From assembly GCA_963837955.1 (NCBI GenBank), contig CAWIPH010000002.1:4448001-4512000 (forward strand): a DNA stretch of 64,000 nt. Direction: 5' to 3'. Below, piece by piece: positions 9,783 through 20,894 of the stretch; position 1 is the first letter of the stretch; each line of letters opens with the position of its first letter. Source of the DNA: an uncultured Verrucomicrobiae bacterium (lineage in GTDB: Bacteria > Verrucomicrobiota > Verrucomicrobiia > Chthoniobacterales > JAFAMB01). The position numbers and the translations under genes were made by a program. The notes under the pieces were generated by a model that saw only the letters and a program-made list of their open reading frames with translations, was not told the DNA's origin and did no database searches.

Positions 9783-10108
9783 AGTTCAATTCCAGGGATA
9801 AAGTGGACCTGTGCGACTTACGACCGTCAGACTAAACGGCGCTCCCGATGAAAGCAACAAGGCGCCAAGCCGTGCGCCGACACGCCGTAACGCCGTATCG
9901 CTTTTGGTGTCGTCTCTCTTTGCGCCTTTGCGTCTTTGCGTGAGATTTTAACGAGCTGCTTACTGTTCACTGCTCACTGCATCGATCTTCCCGTCTTCAA
10001 TTCCTAATACCTTTGCGTCTTGGCGTCTTTGCGTGAGATAATTTCGGCCGAGCGGAAGCTCAGCCCTACCGAGCGCGTCTTTGCGTGAGATCTTAAGCCT
10101 TCCGTTTC

Positions 10109-11101
10109 TCAGTTCCACGCTAACGTCTTTCGCGTTGCCCAATACATCTCCGGCGGTTCGGCGAAAGCGGAGAAGCGTCGTCGTGATGCCTCGCTAATCT
10201 TCAGACCTGTCGCGCGCAAATTCGATTGCAACTGCGTTACGGTCGCGGCCCCGCTCAGCACGACATCGGCGAACGGCTGGGCGAGACAACCGGCAAGTGC
10301 CACAGCGTCCACGGTTGTCTGGAGCTCCGTCGCTTCCCGCTTCAGAGTATCGAGCTTTGGGCGAAATTCCGGATCGGTATTGCGCTCCGTCAGTCGTCCG
10401 TTGGCCAGCGCTTCTTTGATAATCACTCCCAGACCGGCGCGAGACGCTGCCAGAAGCGCCGGACCGGCCGACTGTTCCAACAAATTCCAGGTAGCTTGAA
10501 CCGTGTCAAACAGCGCCACGCCATCAATTTGAATCTCCATCGCCTTGCCCAACGACTCCGCTTGGTGAGGGCCACTCAAAGAAAGACCGATCCGCACACC
10601 GGTTGATTTCAGCCTGGCCAGCTCCTCCAACACCTCACTATTTTCCAGCACGCCGTCCTCGGCCGTTGCGGAATGGATCTGGTAGATGTGCAGAAAGTTC
10701 TTCAATAGCAGGCTACTCTCGGCCCATTGCCGTTGCAGCACCGGCAGAGAGTGATCCTTTACCTCGTGCGAGTCAGCGCGAACTTGCCAGTTTGCGGTGT
10801 AAGTGTAACCCCATTTCGAACCGACCGTTATCCTTCGATCGAATGGTTCCGCTTTCAACCAGGTGCTCAGAAACTTTTCACCCAGCCCGTAGGACCGCGC
10901 GACATCGAAGTACCGTACTCCGTGATCGTACGCCGCCTGCAACACTGCATGTGCATGCTCCTCCATCGCCGCTTCATCGCGCTGACCTGCCAGATCTTGA
11001 CCGTGGCCAATATTGATGTACCCGGGCCGGCCCAGCGCTGCCAACCCTAGCCCGATCGGAGAGACTTCCAGCCCCGTTTTGCCGAGCGCACGCAGTTCCA
11101 T
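10109..11101 (-). CDS. Aldo/keto reductase
   Basis: LG.TGLEVS.IGLG, DVARSYG, SKWG, YQIHS motifs. Confidence 0.9.
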   Translation of the reverse strand: MELRALGKTGLEVSPIGLGLAALGRPGYINIGHGQDLAGQRDEAAMEEHAHAVLQAAYDHGVRYFDVARSYGLGEKFLSTWLKAEPFDRRITVGSKWGYTYTANWQVRADSHEVKDHSLPVLQRQWAESSLLLKNFLHIYQIHSATAEDGVLENSEVLEELARLKSTGVRIGLSLSGPHQAESLGKAMEIQIDGVALFDTVQATWNLLEQSAGPALLAASRAGLGVIIKEALANGRLTERNTDPEFRPKLDTLKREATELQTTVDAVALAGCLAQPFADVVLSGAATVTQLQSNLRATGLKISEASRRRFSAFAEPPEMYWATRKTLAWN

Positions 11102-11716
11102 CGCCTCCGACGAACCTCACGCAAAGGCGCCAAGACGCAAAGACGGATTTTGAATTTCACAAAAGGGCGCAGAGATTTTTTTAACAGGCGCTTACGGAGA
11201 CAACAGAGGAACCGTTCAGCTCACGTCGAAGCCAGAGAATCTCGCGTCTAGCCGCAAGAGCGAACATGAAATCGCCAAAGAAAACCAAGTAGGAATTTCT
11301 GTGTTGCGATTGTTGTTTTCTTGCGAGGATTCTCCCTCTGTCGGACGGCGGGGCTTCATGAGAGGGGTGCCGGTTCTCGCATCCGACTCGGGCTATTATC
11401 CGCGCTCTGGCATGCTACCCCTCGCGCGAAGCTCCGGGCGTTCGAATTTACGCCATCAAGTTGCGGAAATAATGCCCGGAATTCTATGGTTATAACGGAT
11501 GATTCTTCACTACTCGATCGAGGCGTGTCGAATTGCCTCAAGAGACTCAAAGAAGAACTGTTTGCGGAGAGCCCGGGCGAACATTAAGCATGTCGTACCG
11601 CAGGCGCGCAATGATAGAAGCACATCGGTGCTGGGAAATGAAGTTGTCCGATCTCTTCCCAATTCCGCCTCGTTGCCGAGGGAGGCGGCGGCGGCGTTGT
11701 CTGACCTGCGAGGCAA

Positions 11717-12322
11717 CTATGGCGTCGGCACGTACGGCAATTGCGCCATCCGTTCCTTAACCAAGGCGCCGGCCTCCAGAAGTTCGCCGATTGGGTCCCA
11801 ACGGCCGTTAATTAGTGCATCCCGCGCGCTGGAGGGAATAGAGGCCGGAAAATCATTACCTCCCAAGTGAATCATCTCGGTTGTCAAATCGATCGTCATC
11901 TCGCACTTAGGCTCGGACTCGACCATTTGGCGAATCCGGTCAAGGTCGTGCCGTGAAGCGCTCACACAGGGGAGACCTAACGTCGTAGCATTTCCGAAGA
12001 AAATTTCGCCAAAGCTTTCCGCCACAACGGCGCGAAAACCATAACGGTAGATCGCCTGGGGAGCGTGCTCACGGGAACTACCGCATCCGAAATTTCTGCC
12101 ACAGATCAAGATCGTTGCACTGTCGAATCTGGGATCATTCAGAGAGTAGTTTTTGGGTTCCCCATTCTGTTCGAACCGCACGTCGTAAAACAAGAAGTCG
12201 CCCAAACCTTCAAAGGTGACGCATTTCAAGTATCTGGCTGGAATAATCCGGTCCGTATCCACGTCATCCCCGGAGACAGAGACACAAGTGCCGATAACTT
12301 CCAGAATCTTTCTTAAGGCCAT
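11717..12322 (-). CDS. leuD: 3-isopropylmalate dehydratase small subunit
   Basis: DVDTDRIIPARYL, NFGCGSSREHAP, SFGEIFFGN; probable start at ATG 12322. Confidence 0.95.
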   Translation of the reverse strand: MALRKILEVIGTCVSVSGDDVDTDRIIPARYLKCVTFEGLGDFLFYDVRFEQNGEPKNYSLNDPRFDSATILICGRNFGCGSSREHAPQAIYRYGFRAVVAESFGEIFFGNATTLGLPCVSASRHDLDRIRQMVESEPKCEMTIDLTTEMIHLGGNDFPASIPSSARDALINGRWDPIGELLEAGALVKERMAQLPYVPTP

Positions 12323-12344
12323 GACAATAATTTTGGATTCAGGG

Positions 12345-13751
12345 TCACCGGCTAAACAATTCCCGGGCATCCGTAATCTCACCCGCAATTGCCGCCGCCG
12401 CGACCATGACCGGGCTCATTAACACCGTCCGGCCGGTAGGACTCCCTTGCCGGCCCTTAAAATTCCGGTTGCTGGAACTGGCGCAAAGCTGATCGCCGAC
12501 CAGCTTATCTGGATTCATCGCGAGACACATCGAGCAACCGGCCTCGCGCCATTCAAAGCCGGCAGCGGTGAAGATCCGATCAATCCCCAATTCCTTGCAG
12601 GCAGCTCCGACGCCCTGCGAGCCAGGAACTGCGATAGCTTTAACGTTTCGTGCGACATGCCGGCCTTCGATGTATTTGGCGACCTCTTTGAAGTCCGACA
12701 GCCGGCCGTTGGTACAACTGCCAAGAAATGCGACTTGGATTGGAGTTCCCTTAATTGGCTGCCCTGGTTGCAATTTCATATGTTCCAGGGCCTCTGCGAG
12801 CGATCCGCGCTCATCCTCAGGTGTCGTTTCGGGTGTAGGTAATCGCTCCGAAATGAAAACTGCTTGGCCGGGATTGATGCCCCACGTCACCGTCGGCTGA
12901 ATCTCTGCGGCATCGAAATCCACAACATTGTCATAAACACAATCGGAATCCGAGACGTACGAGTCCCATCGCTTGATCGCTCTCTTCCATTCGTCGCCTT
13001 TTGGACTATAGGGACGGCCGTGAAGGTAGGCATACGTTGTCTCATCCGGGTTGACGTACCCGGCACGGGCGCCCCCTTCGATCGACATATTGCAGACGGA
13101 CATCCGCTCCTCCATTGTAAATTTGTCGAAGACTTCTCCGCCGTATTCGTAAGCAAATCCATTGCCTCCGTTTACGCCCAATTTACGTATGATGTGAAGG
13201 ATTACATCCTTAGCGTAGGTTCCCGCTGACAGTTTCCCATCGACATTGATCCGGCGGACTTTCAATTTGCCGATTGCCATCGTCTGCGTTGCCAGCACAT
13301 CACGCACTTGGCTCGTACCAATCCCAAAAGCAATCGCGCCAAAAGCACCGTGGGTCGAGGTGTGAGAATCCCCGCAGGCGATCGTGGTCCCCGGTTGCGT
13401 GATACCCTGCTCCGGACCCACCACATGAACAATGCCTTGCTTGCCAGAGAAAACGTCAAAGTAGGTGATTCCAAATTCCACGCAATTCTTGCGCAGTTCC
13501 TTAATCATCGCATCGGCCAGCGGATCTGAAAACGGCTCGGTCCGTTGATCAGTCGGAATAATGTGATCGACCGTCGCAAATGTCCGGTGGGGAAAGGCGA
13601 CGGGAAGCCCCATTTCTCGAAGCATAGAGAATGCCTGTGGGCTGGTGACCTCATGGATGAGATGAGTGCCGATGAGCAACTGGGTTTGGCTATTCTGCAA
13701 TTCCCGAATTGCATGCTCCTCCCATACTTTCTCAAAGAGTGTTTGTCCCAT
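12345..13751 (-). CDS. leuC: 3-isopropylmalate dehydratase large subunit
   Basis: [48 protein letters not shown]. Confidence 0.97.
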   Translation of the reverse strand: MGQTLFEKVWEEHAIRELQNSQTQLLIGTHLIHEVTSPQAFSMLREMGLPVAFPHRTFATVDHIIPTDQRTEPFSDPLADAMIKELRKNCVEFGITYFDVFSGKQGIVHVVGPEQGITQPGTTIACGDSHTSTHGAFGAIAFGIGTSQVRDVLATQTMAIGKLKVRRINVDGKLSAGTYAKDVILHIIRKLGVNGGNGFAYEYGGEVFDKFTMEERMSVCNMSIEGGARAGYVNPDETTYAYLHGRPYSPKGDEWKRAIKRWDSYVSDSDCVYDNVVDFDAAEIQPTVTWGINPGQAVFISERLPTPETTPEDERGSLAEALEHMKLQPGQPIKGTPIQVAFLGSCTNGRLSDFKEVAKYIEGRHVARNVKAIAVPGSQGVGAACKELGIDRIFTAAGFEWREAGCSMCLAMNPDKLVGDQLCASSSNRNFKGRQGSPTGRTVLMSPVMVAAAAIAGEITDARELFSR

Positions 13752-14762
13752 TTTGCAGGGTCCTACATTGTTCAGTTACAACGAAACTTGGCAAAACGCA
13801 CAGCTTTTTGGCACATTGAAAAAGGGCCGTAATCAAAGCTGTCTTGGCTTTAAGTTTCATCGTGCGAACAGACGATAAGATTCCAGGGATCGGTCTTTTT
13901 TGTTCCGGTCGCCGTAGTCGTTGTCCGAACTGCCGCGTCACTCGGTTGAAAAGGCGGCGACAATGAGAAGTTTTATCGCCATTGAGACCAGATACGGCTA
14001 CTCCAGACAAAAAGAGGCAAACTCAGAAAAGATTCGAATCCGCACCGCTGAGCCAGCGTCGAATGGCTTGATGAGCGAGCACGCCTTCTTCGAATACAGA
14101 GCGAAGCCGATGAGTACCCCGCATATTCAAGAGCAAGGCGAGCCAATCCATTGCTTAATTAAGATGGAGATCGGCGCTGGCCTCCGGCGCCCGCGAAAGC
14201 TGCTTAAACAGGAAGCTCGGGACTTAATCGTTTTCAGCGTTCGTCCTGGACCTCAGCGCAGAATCTGCCATTCCAACATCTGCGAGGTCGGTGAAAAACG
14301 GTTGCGCGAGCTAGGTCCTGCCGCAGATTTCAATCGGGTCGGGAGCATCGAGATTTACTTTTATTCCTCCTGAAAATCGCTTTGTCCAATCGCTAGTGGC
14401 CCTTTTGGGGCCCTCGCCTTCCTCGGCCATTCCACGTCCTAAGCGCTTCCGGCTGGCCTTCCCGTGTCCGCCCGGTGGCGCCGCACTTCGGGTCCAGCTT
14501 TGGCGATAATCCAATCCGGCGCTCGAAGAATTCCTGCAAGTTGGCGATCGCCCACGCATCCAAACTGATAGAATGAGAGAGCAGACTTTCGCAGACTATT
14601 TTATGGCAACGCTGGCGGTTGGCATCGTGATTGGCTTCCCGGTCTGGCACTGGATATCCCAGATGCTCTGAAACCGTTCGAGGCTGGGTTGACGCCGGCG
14701 AGATGACAGAATTTCAGGACGGCGGAATCCTCGACACCTCCGAGAAGTTACAGCCGCCAAAA

Positions 14763-15680
14763 TCAGCGTCGATTGGCAAACAAAGCGCTTCTGGCTCGAC
14801 GTAACTTCTCTAAGGCGAAAGATCTGAAGTTGTCTAGGACGGGCGCTCGATTTCCCTTCCGGACGGCGATACCAATTTCAGACATGGGAATCTCGTCCAT
14901 GATCTCACAAGCGACTACCGAAGCAACGCTCCGTTTGGCTACCGATGCGGGCAGAATGGCGACACCCATGCCCGAATCGACGAGTGAGATCAGCGTGGGC
15001 ATCTCTCCGGCAGTCTGGCGAACGTTGGGGATAATACCGGCGTCGCGAAGCATCCCGAAGATTAGATCGTGAAATCCAGGGGCGTAGGTACGCTCATACA
15101 TCACGAAGTCTTGGCCCGACACCTCGCGCAGGCGTACCCTTTTTCTCTTGGCCAGTTTATGAGACGAGGGCACGACGAGCATGAACGGTTCGCGATGCAC
15201 CGTGACCACCTCGAGTTCAGAGTGCCCACCGATGGGAAGGCGCAAAAATCCAATATCGAGAGATCCGGCCTCCAGCATCTGGATTTGGTCTATGGTGAGA
15301 ATATTGCGAAGAGAGAACTCTACTTCTGCATTCAGCTCTCGAAACTGCCGAATGATCGTGGGCACAATCTCATTGCCAGCGGTCGATATGAATCCAATCC
15401 GCAAAATCCCCAGCTTCCCGTCAGCCGCCAGCTTTGCCTTATGAACAGCTTGGTCGAGTCGTAAGAGGGCTCCGGTTGCATCCTCGCGAAAAGCGACACC
15501 AGCCGCGGTGAGTACCGTTTTGCGTCGGTTGCGCTCGAGGAGTCTCACTCCAATTTCATCCTCCAGAGCTCGTATTTGCAGACTTAGCGCAGGTTGACTG
15601 AGATGAATCATCTCCGCTGTGCGACCGAAGTGCAGAGTCTCTGCGACCGAGAGAAATGACCGAATCTGACGAAACTCCAT
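14763..15680 (-). CDS. LysR-family transcriptional regulator
   Basis: N-terminal HTH (LHFGRTAE..HLSQPALS.QIR.LE) plus substrate-binding domain. Confidence 0.95.
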   Translation of the reverse strand: MEFRQIRSFLSVAETLHFGRTAEMIHLSQPALSLQIRALEDEIGVRLLERNRRKTVLTAAGVAFREDATGALLRLDQAVHKAKLAADGKLGILRIGFISTAGNEIVPTIIRQFRELNAEVEFSLRNILTIDQIQMLEAGSLDIGFLRLPIGGHSELEVVTVHREPFMLVVPSSHKLAKRKRVRLREVSGQDFVMYERTYAPGFHDLIFGMLRDAGIIPNVRQTAGEMPTLISLVDSGMGVAILPASVAKRSVASVVACEIMDEIPMSEIGIAVRKGNRAPVLDNFRSFALEKLRRARSALFANRR

Positions 15681-15691
15681 TACTTTACATT

Positions 15692-15737
15692 ATTTGAATT
15701 CTTTATTACAGGCCACAAAACAAACAATTTCATTTAT
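15692..15737. promoter_or_regulatory. AT-rich divergent promoter/operator element, duplicated at 24903-24948
   Basis: 42 of 46 nt identical to 24903-24948; directly upstream of the LysR start. Confidence 0.6.
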
Positions 15738-15879
15738 TTAAAGCCAGGCCGGTAATTTCCAGATACATGAAGAATCCGATATGTATCAATACAAATTCTT
15801 ATCCGCGATCTCTGTTGAGTAGCCGCCGTCAGCCCCAGCGAAATAGCATTGCGAACTTCATTCGTTTGGATCGACCAGA

Positions 15880-16512
15880 ATGAACGTTCTACATATCCAG
15901 TCATCGCCGCGAGGTGACAAATCGAACTCCATCACCCTGACAAACGCCTTTCTTTCGGCGTCAAGGAAAGTCCTCCCCATGATTAATGAAGACGTCCTGA
16001 ATGTCTGGGACGAAAACCTCCCCGAGTTTGATGCCGCATCCATCGGGGCGAAGTACAAGGCTATCAAGCACAAGCCACTGACAGATGCAGAATCGCATAC
16101 CTGGAGCCGCATCCAAGAATTGATCGGTCGCTTCCAACGAGCGAACCGGATTGTCTTGGGCCTGCCCATGTGGAACTTCTCCATCCCATACAAGCTCAAA
16201 CAGTTGATTGATCTAACCGCTCAGCGCAATTACTTGTTCACGTACGACGGCAAAGAATATGGGCCATGCCTCAACATCCCCAAGGCACTCGTCGTCTATA
16301 CGCGGGGATCTGGATTTCGCGAGGATTCTCTCATACCACCGTCGTTCGATCACCAAGCGCCTTACATTGATTTTTGGCTTCGTCTCATCGGAGTGCATGA
16401 GGTTTGCAGCGTGGTCGTGGATAACGCGTGGAATCAAGACTATGCCCAATCAGAGGCCGGTCTGGCGGCCGGCAAGCAATCAGTTGAACGAATAGTTGGA
16501 GGCTTCTGGTGA
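15880..16512 (+). CDS. FMN-dependent NADH-azoreductase (AzoR/AcpD family)
   Basis: L.I.SSPRG..S.S, PMWNFSIP..LK..ID motifs. Confidence 0.9.
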   Translation: MNVLHIQSSPRGDKSNSITLTNAFLSASRKVLPMINEDVLNVWDENLPEFDAASIGAKYKAIKHKPLTDAESHTWSRIQELIGRFQRANRIVLGLPMWNFSIPYKLKQLIDLTAQRNYLFTYDGKEYGPCLNIPKALVVYTRGSGFREDSLIPPSFDHQAPYIDFWLRLIGVHEVCSVVVDNAWNQDYAQSEAGLAAGKQSVERIVGGFW

Positions 16513-16884
16513 TTGTGGGAGTGCACTCAACCGCCCCTATGGCTTTCGTTGAGAAGGCCTCTGCCTCTCCAGGAAACGCCGAGAACGCCGACATCGCCGG
16601 GAACGGATTATCAGGCTGCATTTGAGCGATGTAGATTTCAGGTTCCGCAATCCGCATTCCGCGGTTTCCTTTCTCTACCAACCACAGTTTCGCTTTTTGC
16701 CTTGCTAATCACTAAATTGAGCTCCGCAGATCCACGGGCCAAAAAAAAGACCATCGATGAACCAGTCAGCCGCCAATAGTTTACCCAGAGTAGTCTGATC
16801 CTCCCGGCTCAGGAACCGAGGCCGCCGCAATTGTAAAGCATTGACCAAACTAAAAGCGAAAACGAACCGGGCAAAATCAATCCA

Positions 16885-18543
16885 ATGGCAAAGCAAATTT
16901 TAGAGCCGGTTGCGCGTTCCTGGACGACGCGACGCGATGAGAAGCGACGCCGGATAGAACTAGTCCGGCCCTGGATGAACGGACCGATCCTGCCGAAGGA
17001 AAAGATCATCGAGGCTCTCGAAACCCTCATCGTCAGCGGCGACAGGATTGTTCTTGAAGGAGACAATCAGAAACAGGCCGATTTTCTCTCCCGATCCCTC
17101 GTGAAGGTCGATGCGAAGAGGCTTCACGATCTGCACCTGATTATTTCGAGCATAAGTCGACCGGAGCATCTCACACTGTTTGAATTGGGCATTGCCAAGA
17201 AAGTGGATTTCGCTTTCGCTGGTCCGCAAAGCCTGCGCGTTTCCCAACTGTTGGAGGATGGCCAGCTCGAGATTGGCGCCATCCACACGTATGTCGAACT
17301 GTATGCGCGGTTACTGGTAGACCTGGTGCCAAATGTGGTTCTCGTCTGTGCCGACCAGGCGGATGCTGAGGGCAATCTCTACACCGGACCAAACACGGAA
17401 GACACGCCGGTCATTGTTGAGGCTGCTGCCTTTCACGATGGAATCGTCATCGTGCAGGTGAACCAGATCGTCGACAAATTACCGCGTGTGGATATCCCTG
17501 CCTCATGGGTAGATGTGGTGGTCGAGGCTGACCGACCGTTCGCAGTAGAGCCGTTATTCACCCGTGACCCGCGCCACATCAATGACCTGCAGATTCTCAT
17601 CGGCATGATGGTGATCCGAGGAATATACGAGCGACACCAGGTTCACTCCTTGAACCACGGAATTGGATTCGACACCGCTGCCATCGAGCTCCTTCTGCCG
17701 ACCTACGGTGAGTCACTTGGACTGCGTGGAAAAATCTGCGAACACTGGGCACTGAACCCTCATCCGACGATGATTCCCGCGATCGAAAGCGGCTGGGTCA
17801 AAAGCATTCACTGCTTCGGCAGCGAAGTTGGAATGGATAGGTACGTTGCGGCACGCCCGGATATCTTTTTTATCGGACGGGATGGCAGCCTCCGTTCAAA
17901 CCGGGTGCTGTGTCAGCTGGCCGGACAGTATGCGGTCGATGGCTTTATTGGTTCGACACTGCAGATGGATGCCGATGCTAACTCGTCGACCGTGACCACT
18001 GGGCGACTTGCGGGGTTTGGCGGCGCGCCCAATATGGGACACGACCCACATGGCCGGCGGCATAGCACGAAAGCGTGGCTCGATCTGATTACTGAAAACA
18101 AACCGATCATTCGTGGTCGAAAGATTGTCGCGCAGATCGCAGAGACCTTTCAGAGCGGTGGCGTTCCTGCATTCGTTGAAACTCTGGACGCGGTTCGTGT
18201 TGGCGAGCAGGCAGGAATGCCGATAGCCCCCATCATGATCTACGGCGACGACGTGAGCCATGTCGTAACCGAGGAGGGCATCGCGTATCTCTACAAGGCT
18301 GAAGGACAGGAGGAGCGCCGCCGCGCACTCGCCGCAGTGGCAGGAGTCAGCCCGGTCGGTCAGAAGGCTGTCGCTTCTGAGACTGCAGCACTTAGAAAGA
18401 AAGGAGTGGTTGCATACCCTGAAGATATCGGTGTTCACCGCCTAGAGGCGAAGCGCTCCCTGCTCGCGGCGCGCAGCATCGAAGATTTAGTAGCCTGGTC
18501 AGGGGGACTCTACAGCCCGCCTGCTCGTTTTAGGAGCTGGTAG
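16885..18543 (+). CDS. mdcA: Malonate decarboxylase alpha subunit
   Basis: EGDNQKQADFL, GNLYTGPNTEDTP, FGGAPNMGHDP, C-terminal WSGGLY.PP..FRSW. Confidence 0.96.
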   Translation: MAKQILEPVARSWTTRRDEKRRRIELVRPWMNGPILPKEKIIEALETLIVSGDRIVLEGDNQKQADFLSRSLVKVDAKRLHDLHLIISSISRPEHLTLFELGIAKKVDFAFAGPQSLRVSQLLEDGQLEIGAIHTYVELYARLLVDLVPNVVLVCADQADAEGNLYTGPNTEDTPVIVEAAAFHDGIVIVQVNQIVDKLPRVDIPASWVDVVVEADRPFAVEPLFTRDPRHINDLQILIGMMVIRGIYERHQVHSLNHGIGFDTAAIELLLPTYGESLGLRGKICEHWALNPHPTMIPAIESGWVKSIHCFGSEVGMDRYVAARPDIFFIGRDGSLRSNRVLCQLAGQYAVDGFIGSTLQMDADANSSTVTTGRLAGFGGAPNMGHDPHGRRHSTKAWLDLITENKPIIRGRKIVAQIAETFQSGGVPAFVETLDAVRVGEQAGMPIAPIMIYGDDVSHVVTEEGIAYLYKAEGQEERRRALAAVAGVSPVGQKAVASETAALRKKGVVAYPEDIGVHRLEAKRSLLAARSIEDLVAWSGGLYSPPARFRSW

Positions 18544-18626
18544 GGGCGCACTTTCAGTGCGATGACAAATAGCAAATAGCAGATGCACTTTCAGCGCGAT
18601 GACAAATAGCAAATAGCAGATAGCAG

Positions 18627-19595
18627 ATGATTGAGAGAGTCCGCTCCGAATTTTTCGTTCCGGAAATGGGGCAGAATTGGCCCCGCGCACGCGGGTTCAG
18701 ATCCGCTGTTTCGACCCGGATCGATCATCCGCCGCGCAGCAAGATTTCTGGTCGACGCGGGCTAGCTGCGCGTCTAGCAACTCTAGCCGTCCGAGCCCTC
18801 ATTGAGGAAGCCGAACTGACGCCGAAACCGGCTCTGGTGGATAAACGGGGTCCGGGTGCGCATACCGACCTTTCGCTGACGCTCATGAAAAGCTCAGCTC
18901 ACTGTCTTCGGCCGGGTTTTGAACGCATGGCCCTGGCTTCATTTCGGCAGATTCCCACCCAGACACTGCGAGAGGAACTGGGTGCGATCGGCCGCTGGGC
19001 TGAACAATCGATGTTGCTGGCCACGGGCGGAGCCAATACGCATCGCGGGGCGATTTGGAGTCTTGGCCTTCTTGTCTCTGCTGCTGCGATGGGAGGGAAC
19101 TCTCCGGATGCAGTGGCATACAGAGCTCGCCAACTCGCTTGCCTGCCCGATTGGAGTGCCCCAAAGCAGGAAAGCAATGGTTCGCGAATGATTCAACGTT
19201 ACCAGGTGTTCGGTGCCCGCGGGGAAGCCCAAGCCGGTTTTCCTCATGTGATAACGATCGGCTTACCGATCCTTCACGGTTCTCGTCGGGAGGGATCGAA
19301 CGAAACTCAGGCCCGGCTGGACGCACTGTTAGCGATCATAGCCAGTTTGAATGATACCTGTTTGCTTCATCGGGGCGGCTTGGCCGCGCTAAATACCGCC
19401 CAAACCGGCGCGGCGGCGGTTCTCGCGGCAGGAGGTACGGCCACTGTTCAAGGCTGGGAACTACTGCTGCGACTAGATCGCGATCTGCTCGCCCTCAACG
19501 CCTCGCCGGGCGGCAGTGCAGACTTGTTAGCAGCTACCCTCTTCCTCGATTTTATTGATGGATTGTGGGGAGGGCGCACAGCCTGTCCGACATAG
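18627..19595 (+). CDS. mdcB: Triphosphoribosyl-dephospho-CoA synthase (CitG family)
   Basis: LTPKPALVD..G.GAH.D, NTHRGAIW, GARGEA, SPGGSADLLA; start uncertain. Confidence 0.92.
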   Translation: MIERVRSEFFVPEMGQNWPRARGFRSAVSTRIDHPPRSKISGRRGLAARLATLAVRALIEEAELTPKPALVDKRGPGAHTDLSLTLMKSSAHCLRPGFERMALASFRQIPTQTLREELGAIGRWAEQSMLLATGGANTHRGAIWSLGLLVSAAAMGGNSPDAVAYRARQLACLPDWSAPKQESNGSRMIQRYQVFGARGEAQAGFPHVITIGLPILHGSRREGSNETQARLDALLAIIASLNDTCLLHRGGLAALNTAQTGAAAVLAAGGTATVQGWELLLRLDRDLLALNASPGGSADLLAATLFLDFIDGLWGGRTACPT

Positions 19596-19704
19596 CCTTT
19601 TGAATGCCTGCTGCAGAAATGCTTGAGCGCGACGTCGGATCCTCGTGCGCCGTGGATCGCGTGGATACAACCCCTCCCCGGTAAATCATTAACAAAAACT
19701 AACT

Positions 19705-19998
19705 ATGGAAAGACTTCATTTTGAATACGCGGCTTCGCAGCCGATCAAACAACGAGCCCATGTGGGGGTGGTCGGGTCAGGTGACCTCGAAGTGTTGCTC
19801 GAACCGTCTCCGGATCAGAAGACTCATGTCACTGTTACCACCAGCGTCGACGGTTTCGGCAAGACATGGAAGCTAGTCATGGATCGTTTTTTTTCGCGTT
19901 ATCAATATGCAGTTTCCATCGAGATTCATGACTTTGGTGCAACACCTGGAGCGGTCGCCCTTCGCCTGGAGCAAGCGATGGAGAGGAGCCAATCATGA
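19705..19998 (+). CDS. mdcC: Malonate decarboxylase acyl carrier protein (delta)
   Basis: GVVGSGDLEVL, DFGATPG.V.LRL.Q. Confidence 0.94.
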   Translation: MERLHFEYAASQPIKQRAHVGVVGSGDLEVLLEPSPDQKTHVTVTTSVDGFGKTWKLVMDRFFSRYQYAVSIEIHDFGATPGAVALRLEQAMERSQS

Positions 19999-20894
19999 GC
20001 CAGCCGACCTCGGGAGCTGCAAGCAGCTCCCCTCCGACTTTACTTGATCCCCACGAATTTTTGGCTCGCAAAAGCTTTGTCGAACTCAATGCTCGCGAGC
20101 GCGCTCAGGCTTTGTTGGATGAAGGCAGCTATCGCGAATTGCTTGGCCCTTTCGAGCGTCTCGAATCACCTTGGCTTTTGATGCAGGGCGTTGTTCCGCA
20201 AGCCGACGATGGATTGATCGTTGCTCGCGGCAAGATCGGCGGAACAGACTCCGTGATCTTAGCTATCGAAGGACAATTCCAAGGCGGCGGCATCGGCGAA
20301 GTTTCTGGCGCCAAGATTGCCGCGGCGCTGGACCTAGCCCTGGAAGACGCCGAAAAAGGTCATCCTGTCCAAGTCATTTTGCTTTTGGAGACCGGGGGTG
20401 TTCGTCTGCAAGAGGCGAATCTTGGTTTGGAAGCCATCGCCGAAATCAACTCGTCGCTCATCGCCCTGCGGCAGCGTATTCCAGTCGTGGGCGTGATCGC
20501 CGGGATGGTCGGCTGCTTCGGCGGCATGTCCATCAGCGCCTCGCTTTGCAGCTATCTGATCATGACTCGCCAGGCGCGGTTAGGGCTGAACGGCCCAGAA
20601 GTAATTGAAGAGCAGTCGGGAATCGAAGAGTTGGATTCGAAAGACCGGCAGCTGATCTGGGGTGTGAATGGTGGAGAACAACGCCAGGCTACCGGTTTCG
20701 CGGATTACCTGGCCGAAGATGATGTGGCAGCGATCAAGGAATGCATCGTCGAAGCTTTTGGCCGCGGGATTCCTGCCACGCATCGCTCCGAACAAGTAGA
20801 TGAATATCTCAAGCGCCTCGCCGTTATCGATGTTTCCCATCAACTCGAGGGCAGTGAGATGCGCAATCTTTGGTCGAAGGGAAAGCAGTTATGA
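19995..20894 (+). CDS. mdcD: Malonate decarboxylase beta subunit
   Basis: ARERA..LLD, QADDG, ETGGVRLQEAN, LNGPEVIE. Confidence 0.94.
   Translation: MSQPTSGAASSSPPTLLDPHEFLARKSFVELNARERAQALLDEGSYRELLGPFERLESPWLLMQGVVPQADDGLIVARGKIGGTDSVILAIEGQFQGGGIGEVSGAKIAAALDLALEDAEKGHPVQVILLLETGGVRLQEANLGLEAIAEINSSLIALRQRIPVVGVIAGMVGCFGGMSISASLCSYLIMTRQARLGLNGPEVIEEQSGIEELDSKDRQLIWGVNGGEQRQATGFADYLAEDDVAAIKECIVEAFGRGIPATHRSEQVDEYLKRLAVIDVSHQLEGSEMRNLWSKGKQL

Noticed and set aside
14763..15680. Calling the LysR gene mdcR
   Set aside because: It is divergent from the azoreductase rather than from mdcA, and its control element is repeated before the hydrolase; there is no direct evidence for malonate regulation.
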